In this document: piece after piece, positions 1 through 8,562 of the stretch
Layout of the letters: every line of letters begins with the position of its first letter
Position numbering within the stretch: the stretch's first letter is position 1
Source: Massalongia carnosa
Taxonomy: Eukaryota
Assembly (NCBI GenBank): GCA_965645245.1
Contig: OZ287084.1
Location: 248,001 to 312,000 of the forward strand
Direction of reading: 5' to 3'
DNA: 64,000 bases
Translations under genes and position numbers: made by a program
Notes under the pieces: model-generated
What the model was told of the DNA's origin: nothing
Database searches by the model: none
Seen by the model: the letters and a program-made list of their open reading frames with translations, nothing else

Positions 1-528
1 TACCTTGATCCATACACTTTTGCTGATGTCAGTGGTCCCGTCAGATGGCAGCATGACGAATGCTGTGCCGGCCGTCTTCTCCGCAAAGGCCTGAGAGAAT
101 CGTGTCGCGAATTTGGGGTATCCGGAATACTGGTCATTTTTGTCGGTAAAGCCAGCTGGGTAGGCGTCACGAACGAGTTTAAGGCCCTTTTTATCAGCGA
201 AGTCTTGTGGTTTATCTTCGTGCTTCCCGACTTTGGAGTAAAATAATGATACGTCCGCTGCGACGCTGCATTTTGATCGGCACTCGTCGATTCCTGGATA
301 TTTATCCTCCAGAAACGAGATGCCATTGGAAATTAGGTCGATCTTGCCGCCGGCTATGTTGTCGTTCCATTCTGGATCATCGATAGAGCTGTCTGGTTGC
401 TCACCTTCCTGAGGAAATGGTACCGATGAGACAATGGTACCATGCAAAATCGCCAACAGTAAGGATGTTGTAATGAGGTAGGACAAGTGCTTGAGCAAAG
501 TTCCGGAACGATGTGTGGGTATTTTCAT
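1..528 (-). CDS. Secreted protein, putative ADP-ribosyl cyclase/CD38-like NAD+ glycohydrolase fold (3' end runs off the window)
   Basis: Not in the ORF track. Open frame from ATG at 528 to position 1 (176 codons): MKIPTHRSGTLLKHLSYLITTSLLLAILHGTIVSSVPFPQ (hydrophobic signal)...SLFYSKVG...DFADKKGLKLVRD...FATRFSQAFAEKTAGTAFVMLPSDGTTDISKSVWIKV. The ORF is solid; the fold call is by motif recognition. Confidence 0.7.
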   Translation of the reverse strand, partial: MKIPTHRSGTLLKHLSYLITTSLLLAILHGTIVSSVPFPQEGEQPDSSIDDPEWNDNIAGGKIDLISNGISFLEDKYPGIDECRSKCSVAADVSLFYSKVGKHEDKPQDFADKKGLKLVRDAYPAGFTDKNDQYSGYPKFATRFSQAFAEKTAGTAFVMLPSDGTTDISKSVWIKV

Positions 529-1766
529 GTTTGAGAGGATTCCAATATTGATAGGCAAGGTAGAATATAGACTGAGGCTTAGGTAAGGGTTATCTCGGTG
601 GATGTACTTAATGTATCTGTTGTGTCTTGATTCTTATCAAGTTTACGAGCCTGAATATATAGTCCATTCAAAAGGGTCCTCCATGGGCTCTGCCGTAGTA
701 AGTCCATGTCATAATACTCATATAGGAAGCTGTGTGCTTCTATTTATGTTAATGAGGCTGAGAAGTCATTGGCCCGCAATTTATCTGTTGTCAAACTCTG
801 CCAAGCATCGTCCGAGGCGTGGGTTCTATCCTGGGAAACGCCAATCCTTCTATTCCGGTTTCTACGGAATTTCAGGCCCGAGGCTTGAGGACTGAGATGC
901 AATGAGGGAGCTTGCTGATAACACATGTCAAATTTACAACTATTGTGCCTCATCTATAACAGCCAATGCATTCTCCAAGTGGATAATCTTGAAGCAAGAA
1001 CTCAAATTATTGGACTGCAGGATTTGGTGTGTGAAACAAGGAGCTACTCAGCCTGGTTGAATGTACAAACCGCTTCATGCCGTAGCACGGCGTAGTTGTG
1101 CCTTTGATTCATGAGTTATTCTAATATTTTTAGTAAACTCTCCTGATTACCGAAATAGTTCAAGCATGTTGGAAAAACCAACCAGGCATGCGGCAGCGGG
1201 ATGCAGGAGAAGAGGGTCTAGGGCTATCAAGGATAGGCAAAGAGAAGTGCTTGGCAAACGTGATACAGGTACTCCGTATTTCCAGTGAAGTTACTGCAAA
1301 TTTAGCTATCTGCTGAACTGAATTCTGAACGACTGAATAGCTAAATTACATGAGAAATCACCGCCACTTTATACTGCTTGAAGGCCTCCATCTCGGCCTA
1401 TATCAAATGCATGAACCTGCTTCCTTTGAACCTCTTCAGCTGGGCAAAATAGACCTTATTGCTGACTGGAGACATCGAGACACTCAGTGATCATGAACAG
1501 CTGAATTGCCTCCGAGCATTTTTGCTGCATACCTTTGCCTCCTCGTAGTTGCCGAAGTCGTGCTGATATCTGAAGCTTTTCGCATAGCATATGATTGCCT
1601 AATCTGGAAATTAGTAAGCAGGAGGCACAAGAACCTTGGTCGCAAAATATTCAGGTATCTCGGCAAATTCCAATAAAGCAATCATAGCGCATTATATTTG
1701 AGGAAGGACTGTTGAATATCTAATTGATATCATTTCTAGTCATCGCCAAATCTTTCGAAACGGGTA

Positions 1767-2620
1767 ATGTCTTCGCAATCTAAAGACAATTTATTGGCTG
1801 CATGCGCAGCGGGAGATCTTGAGCGAGTACGTGAGCTATACCACAACACCTTTTCGGATTCTGACGAAGATGCGTTACTCAATGCCATGACACTGAAGGC
1901 GGCTGAGAACGGTCACGCAGAAGTGGTGCGATTTTGCCTAGAGCGAGGCGCGAAACCGGAATTTACAGTTATCAATGAAGCAACCGAATACCCCGAAGTC
2001 TTCAAGATACTTGTAACTGCTGGGGGTCTAGATGTCAATTATGACCTGGAAACAGCAGGCGATATGCTGATCAATGCGGTTTGGGAACTCAAGGTTCGTA
2101 CCCATACTCGATCTAACAATGATCCTCTCAGAGTCTGATTCAACCTCATCAGCGTGAATTCGTCGAATGGCTTCTAGAGCATGGGGCAGATCCAAACTCC
2201 GGCCATCTAATGGCAGATTCTACTAGCGCAATCACCGCGGCAGCAGAACGGGGAAATCTCGCACTTGCCGAGCTCCTTGTCAAGCATGGTGCGAAAGTCT
2301 CTGGCTCGGGGGCACTGGCCGGCGCTGCGGAGAGAGGCAACCTGGATATGGTTCGATGGCTATTGGATCACGGTGCTGATCTGGACGAAGTAGGCGTGCA
2401 CGACTACGGCGATCGCCGCAAGAAGAAGTACGAGGGAACTGCTTTACACAAGGCTGCTGCCAAGGGCAACATTGAGATAGCGAGGCTTCTTGTTGATCGA
2501 GGCGCGAATTTGAAAATCGTTGATCCTATGGGTCGAACGCCTTGGACAAGAGCGAAGGAAGAGGATCAACGACAAGTTGTGGAGTTTTTGGAGTCAATAG
2601 AAGGAAAGACATCAAGTTAA
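1767..2620 (+). CDS. Ankyrin-repeat protein (~264 aa, 2 exons: 1767-2093, 2153-2620)
   Basis: ANK motifs AAENGHAEVVRFCLERGA, AAERGNLDMVRWLLDHGAD, TALHKAAAKGNIEIARLLVDRGA. A GT..AG intron at 2094-2152 joins the two track ORFs in frame. Confidence 0.9.
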
Positions 2621-3652
2621 GTCAAGAGTTAGTGCTTGAAATTAATTGATCACTTGATATACAATACTAAAATTGAGAGAATAGTTTATCTGTTTATTAT
2701 CTGCAGAGATTTTAGCAAAAGACGATGATCATGATGTATTCATACTCCGATATGTCACCGGCTGAAGGCCGGCCCATGCGGGCAAAGCTATTTAAGTTAT
2801 ATTACATGGAAACCCTTTTTCAGATTTAAAAATCATATTCCTTAACACTTGTTCGATGTGACATCGAATCGACGTCGAGCAGAAAACGCAGAACGAAAAT
2901 CAAGCGAGAATTGTAACGTCTTGTAAGATAAGAAGAATAAAATAAGTGAAATTGCTGATTGTACAATAATGTATATATCAATGAAAATTGAATCCAAAAA
3001 TTTCTTATCATTAGTCTAGCAGTTGGGAGGATTTCCAAAATGATCAACACATCCACACAAGACCGTGAGAGACGCAAGAAGGAGCAGGAGAAGACGATAA
3101 AGCTCTTGGGAGCAAAGATAGATGAGTATTTAAAGCCTGGCAACAGCTTAGGAGACCCGGTGGCGCACTCTCTGTTAAATGAGGTAAAAGCCACGTTGCA
3201 GACGCAGATCCATATAAACTCGGAAAACGAGGACTCCGGCATGGTGGCGGAATCCCTACGGGACATAAAGAACGCACTCAATCGCATGGAAGGCGTTAGA
3301 AAGAACAACGAGCCCACCACAAGCTACGCCACCGCGGCAACCCCATTGGCATCACGAGACCAAGTCGGGCCCAACCCAACATACAACCTAAGGCACCCAA
3401 GACCCCAAAAAACCAAAGAACCATCCCCTAGCGAGGCCAAAAGAGCCCGGGAGATCACACTACGACTCACCAACGAGGCCGACCGGGAAAGAGTGAGACA
3501 GCTGCCTACTCAGGAGCTGGTGGAATCGCTGCAGAAAAATGTCGGAGGGATAGTGGGAATATCTCGACTTACAAGCGGGGACATACGGATCCACGCAGAA
3601 TCAGCAGAGATCAAGAAGACCCTACACGAGAATACCAAGTGGATCACCGCGG

Positions 3653-3766
3653 TGTTAAATGAACAGTTGACGGCATTGAAATTACTACTGAGGTGACTGC
3701 TTATAGCAGTCATGGCAGCCTGCAGGGCTGAGCTAGAACTAATGGGGCTAAGCGAGTATTCCAACA
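3653..3766. mobile_element. 114-bp mini solo LTR-like insertion, copy 1
   Basis: TGTT...AACA termini; 5-bp TSD CGCGG (3648-3652 / 3767-3771); interrupts LINE ORF1. Confidence 0.9.
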
Positions 3767-3964
3767 CGCGGTTGCGGCGTCAGCCACGGTCCAACGCCGC
3801 TCCTATCGATGCCACCAATCAGAATCAAACCATACAGACAGCTAACGCACGATTGCACCCAGGCCTAAAAATCACGAGGATCACCTGGTCGTTCAGGGCT
3901 ATCAAAGAAAAGAAGGCATACTCATCGCTGCACGTAGAAGTAGAGACCCCCGTGATGGCCAACC

Positions 3965-4083
3965 TGTTAAATAAACAGTTGACGGCATAATGTTGAAATT
4001 ACTACGGAGGTGACTGCTTATAGCAGTCATGGCAGCCTGCAGGGCTGAGCTAGAACTAATGGGGCTAAGCGAGTATTCCAACA
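3965..4083. mobile_element. 119-bp mini solo LTR-like insertion, copy 2
   Basis: Near-identical to 3653-3766 (2 substitutions, one 5-bp indel); its own TSD CAACC (3960-3964 / 4084-4088). Removing it restores ORF1 as MANRLITEGFLVDHE. Confidence 0.9.
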
Positions 4084-6560
4084 CAACCGCCTTATCACCG
4101 AAGGCTTCCTGGTCGACCACGAGATAAAGAACTGCGAAAAATTCGCGAAGAGCTGCAAGCTTACGCAGTGCTTTAACTGCTACAAATACGGACATATAGG
4201 AAAACGTTGCCGCAATCCTACGGCGTGCGGCCACTGCGCCGGCGGGCACCCGACCAACGAATGCAACCCGGAAACAACCGGTAGACAGAAGAGATGCGCA
4301 TGCTGCGAGGAGAGAGGCCACGTAGCGTGGGCCCCCACATGCAAACTCAGGGTACAAGAAATGAGCAAGATAGAGAAGGCTAGGAAAAGCTCTTCGCAGC
4401 TTTTCGCCACGGGCGACCCGGTCGTAGCAGGATCATTCAACTTTTCGGCCCAGGCCCCAACTGACAAAGAAAGCAATGCAGCACTAGGAGAGGCAACGGA
4501 AGGCCCCGTCAATGATTCCTGGAAAGTTGTCAGCAGCAGCAAGAAAAGAAAAACCGCCCAGCCGGCTCCCACGAAGTATCGCCGGTAGGCCCAAGCCGCG
4601 CAACAGGAACGTCGTGGAAGGATACAGAGATCATGAAGCCCATGAACATGCAAAGAGCAATAGCAAAGCCCATTCTAGGCAGACCACCCAATACGTCAAC
4701 GACGACGGCGGCAACACCCGCCCTCACCCGCATCAATCCTGCCGCCCACCGGCCACAACCCTCCACCCCCTCCCCGCCGACCCCCGATACACCTCTCCCC
4801 CTCGACGACCAAGGACCAGTAACCCGCACCGCCACTGCAACAGACGTAATGGAAGAAGGATGTTTATGAAGGACACAAAATTCATTAACATACTACAGTA
4901 CAACGTCAGAAAGGACCGAGTAAGTACAATGATACCACTTTTGGCAGATTCAAACACGCAGGACTACGACGTTATAGCAATACAGGAACCATGGCGGAGC
5001 ACGCACGCCTCGACCACTCTTAGCTCTCACCAAAGCGGATTCCACCTTCTGTATCGCCCCGGCGGCGACACACGCGTATGCTTCTACGTCAACGAGAAAA
5101 TCGACCCGGAAAGCTGGGAAGTAGAATTCCCAACCGCAGACCTATGCACGTTGAAATTGAACGTGAGCACCGACGGTGTTACGAGAATGTTGCACATTCA
5201 TAGCGTGTACAACCCGTCCCCGTCTTCTTATTCATCCACAGACAGCCCTTCCACGCTCCCGGCCGTTCGCCAGCAACTCGCCGCAGATGCACAGCACGTC
5301 CTCCTCGGAGATTTCAACCTTCACAATCCCTTCTGGGACGGAGTCACAAGGCCAACGCAACACGCAGCCGCGGATCAACTACTGGATATAGTAGAAGAAT
5401 TCGATCTTTCATTGACACTGCCAAAAGGGACCGTTACATGGGAGGCCCGGAACTCTTTTAGCACCATAGATCTAGTATTCATGTCAGAGTTCCTGACGGA
5501 AAGACTAGAACACTGCATGTCGAGACCGGAAATGAATCAATCCTCTGATCACATCCCGATTTCCACCCGTATTCTCCTCGGTAGTGAACAGCTAACGAAA
5601 GTCAAGCGCAGAGCATGGAAACTGCTGAACATGGAGAAACTGAGAGAGGCAGAAAGCAACGCTCCGTCCGTTACCCACCCCCGCTCCGCCGAGGAAATTG
5701 ACCAGTACGCTCAGACAATCCAAGAGTATCTTCAGAAGATCATAGCCGCCTCCGTCCCCTGGGCCAGACCCAGCGAATACGCGAAACCTTTTTGGAACGA
5801 AGAATGCAATCGCGCCACCCGTGAGACTCGCAAATTACGCCATTCCTGGTCGTCATCGCGCCACCTGGACGACTGGAAAGCGTACATGAAGTCTAATGAC
5901 AAGAAGCAAAAGATAATTCAAAAGCAAAAACGCTCTCATTCCGCAAAGAGATTAGCGCAGCCACCGAGTCGCCGCTGGGCATATGGAAGCTGGCAAGATG
6001 GGCAAAAGATAAAAGCCAGAAGCCCCGCGAGATACCGAAAATGCCGCCACTGAGGCACGGAGGGCAGACGGCGGAGACATTCGAAGAAAAAGCGGAAATG
6101 CTGAAAGCCAAGTTCTTTCCCCTACCACCGCCGGCGGACCTGAGCGACATACCTGGGTCATTATACCCCGCTGCCGCGGATTGTCCTATGATGATCACAA
6201 AGGATGAAGTGAACGCAAACATGCAACGCCTCAAGTCCGACAAGGCCCCGGGTCCTGACGGGATCACCAACAGAATCCTCAAGGCATGCTCCACAAAGCT
6301 AGCAGAATTGCTAACCCCTTTATTTCAAGCGTGCGTCACACAAGCGTACCACCCCCGCGAGTTCAAAAGAGCGAACACGATAGCGCTCAAAAACCGGGAA
6401 AGAAAGACAACACCAGCCCAAAGGCATATCGACCCATAGCTCTCCTGAACACAATGGGTAAAGTATTAGAAGCGGTCATCGCAAAGAAAATCACCCACAT
6501 AGCGGAACAGCATGGGCTTTTGCCCGACACGAAAATGGGTGCTCGGCGAGGGCGATCGCA

Positions 6561-6696
6561 TCAACTTAGTAGCTTATCAAGCAAATGAAGCATTGCGCTT
6601 TCGTCTCTTGTCGTCATGACTTGTTTAGGACTAGCGTAGCAGTATATAGATAAGCTCAGCTCACTTCAAATCAAACATCCTTTTTACAACCCAACA
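6561..6696 (+). mobile_element. Probable 3' part of an LTR (truncated)
   Basis: Contains TATATA and ends in CCAACA immediately before the Tc1-like coding sequence begins. No 5' TG end or matching TSD is visible. Confidence 0.45.
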
Positions 6697-7622
6697 CACC
6701 TGGTCTTTAAATGATTGGAAAAAGGTACGATTTTCTGACGAGGTTCACTTCGGGCGAGGTCCACAACGAAAGCTTTAAATCATTCGAAAGCCTGGTCAAC
6801 GTACGTGTGAGGACTGCATTCAAGAACAACGTCAGCCAGAAGAGAAGGATAAAAAGCAGAAACGATATCATTGTTGGGCCGCGGTGGGCTGGAATTTCAA
6901 GTCGCAGTTGATATTTTATGAGGTTCCCAGCAATTCGAATGGAAAGATGAGTCAACGAGTGTATATTGACTTTATTCTGGAGCCGGTTATCAAATCATGG
7001 ATGGAAGAAGGTCATGAATTCGTATTGGAAGAGGATGGAGACTCCGGGCATGGTTCAGGAAAGGATAATATCGTACGACGATGGAAGGAGGCAAATAGGC
7101 TACGATATTACTTCAATTGTCCTCATTCTCCTGATCTTTCTCCCATCCAGAATTATTGGCAGGTTCCAAAACAAACAGTTGGACGTCAACCTCATTGGGA
7201 TGATGATACCATAATTGCTGCAATTAAGGAGGGTTAGGCCAAACTTTCTCAGGCAAAAATCAATCAATGGATCGATTCAATGCCCAAAAAGAATTGTTGA
7301 AATAGGTATATGACTATGGCTATATGGCTATGATAAAAATGGTATGTATGACCGTGATGTTAAGGATGAAGAGTGCTGTTCAGCAGTCTTTGTCCCATAA
7401 CTGGTCACCCTCTGCTAAGCGAGGTGATAAGATTATCTGAGCCGATCTTATCTAATATCAAGGCTAAGCCTAATACGGCATCTACGGTTTCTGTGTCCAT
7501 CTTGGGCAGTCGTAGGTGCTATGTTCATTGAACTGGTAGGTGTTCACTGTACTGGTAGGAGTTGAATATTCAACAGAATTGATGACTTGTTAGACATGCA
7601 GGTTAAGCTTACTGGATGGTAA
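6697..7622 (+). pseudogene. Tc1/mariner-superfamily transposase remnant (DD37E-type spacing), outermost DNA transposon
   Basis: WSLNDWKKVRFSDEVHFG...HCWAAVGWNFKS...VLEEDGDSGHG...SPDLSPIQNYW...WIDSMPK/IDDLLDMQVKLTGW*. Has internal stops; N-terminus missing. Confidence 0.85.
7295..7575. mobile_element. Solo LTR (281 bp) in the Tc1-like remnant
   Basis: TGTTGA...TCAACA termini; 4-bp TSD GAAT; transposase coding sequence resumes after it. Confidence 0.85.
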
Positions 7623-7654
7623 AATAGCTGTAGTTGTGGATGTAAATGTAAATC

Positions 7655-7724
7655 TGTTGAAATACGTATAGGACTTTGACTATATGGCTATGTAATAAAT
7701 GACAATGTGTATGACCCTGATGTA
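7655..7724. mobile_element. Left piece of a split solo LTR (continues at 33193-33359)
   Basis: Starts TGTTGAAATA, preceded by TSD AAATC (7650-7654); homologous to the start of the 7295 LTR; ends at the TA preceding the Tc1A TIR. Confidence 0.88.
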
Positions 7725-8238
7725 CAGAGGTTGACACCGAAAGTCCTGATAATACGCTAATGCGGGCAAAAAACGCCACGTAGATTTAGCGTTAAAAATG
7801 CTATATGGAGATCATTCAAAGTGGTAACAAGGTCGAAACTTCAGCTTTTGATATTTGTTTTATTATCATATTTTCTATTATATATTTTATATAATAATGG
7901 GTGGTTCACGAACAGTAAATCATACAATAGCTGGAAGATTACAGGCTCTTTCTTTGGTTGAACATGGAGTTGGAATATACGCAGCTGCTACAGCCTCCGG
8001 TATGACTTCTATAACCGTCAGACGTCTGAGAAAAAAAGCTAGAGAACGAGATTTTGATCCGGAGGTCTCTTCTGTTATGAAAGAAGAATATGTCAAAGAT
8101 GCACCTCGTTCAGGTCGTCCACCGAAGGTGACTTCGGAGGTTGAATCTGACATTTTGACAACAGTTCGAAAAGACGCAAATGGTCGAGAAAAACCAGCCG
8201 CAGTGCTTGCATATGAGCACAATGCCTCCAACAGCTAT

Positions 8239-8562
8239 TGTGATAGGGTGAATAGGGACAAGGGCAGGTGCTGAGGGGAAGGGGGGGGATTGGTGTGGAC
8301 GGAGCGGAGGGGAGGTTTTTCCGGGGCTGAGGCGCCCATTTTTCTATAGATAGGGGAAGTTTCACCCTCTAGACAGACAGGCAATCAACATTTTTCTTTC
8401 CTTCAGAGTCAGTATTCGTGTCCGAGTGACAGTGTCAGAATGGCCGAGTCGTCACCGTCAACGTTCTGTTTGTTGTTTTCACGTGTGTTCTTTGTTTGCT
8501 TTCTGCCGGTCTTCTCTCCTTGAGGTCATCACGTATGCACCACCCACGACTACCCCTCTTCA
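8239..8562. mobile_element. Solo LTR (324 bp) in the Tc1A transposase
   Basis: TG...CA termini; 4-bp TSD CTAT; transposase resumes as AILRVLKRN. Confidence 0.78.

Larger units (their letters stand above)
3040..6560 (+). mobile_element. Tad1-like LINE (non-LTR retrotransposon), degenerate and 3'-truncated
   Basis: ORF1 has Cys/His knuckles (CFNCYKYGHIGKRC, CGHCAGGHPTNEC). ORF2 from 4866 has an APE endonuclease (ILQYNV, IAIQEPW, LLGDFNLH, SDH) and the RT N-terminus (KAPGPDGI, YRPIALLNTMGKVLE, GARRGRS). Frameshifts at ~5930 and ~6390; the element ends abruptly at ~6560. Confidence 0.92.

Noticed and set aside
602..1681. Short ORFs in the divergent intergenic region, and the many antisense ORFs over TEs
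   Set aside because: No recognisable motifs; they are explained as shadow frames or chance ORFs.
2826..3048. LTR ending in TCAACA at 3048, with a hairpin TTCGATGT-G-ACATCGAA
   Set aside because: No matching TG start with a TSD could be found; the boundary is unsupported.
3653..4083. One TRIM element made of two ~115-bp LTRs around a 200-bp core
   Set aside because: Each repeat has its own different TSD, and the intervening DNA is LINE ORF1 coding sequence with no PBS or PPT.
4512..4865. N-terminal 118 aa of the 513-aa track ORF as part of LINE ORF2
   Set aside because: It is an alternative frame over the ORF1 tail; endonuclease homology begins at the ATG at 4866.
7295..7724. Paired LTRs of a single small element (7295 and 7655)
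   Set aside because: They are clearly diverged, have different TSDs (GAAT vs AAATC), and the spacer is the end of the Tc1-like ORF.
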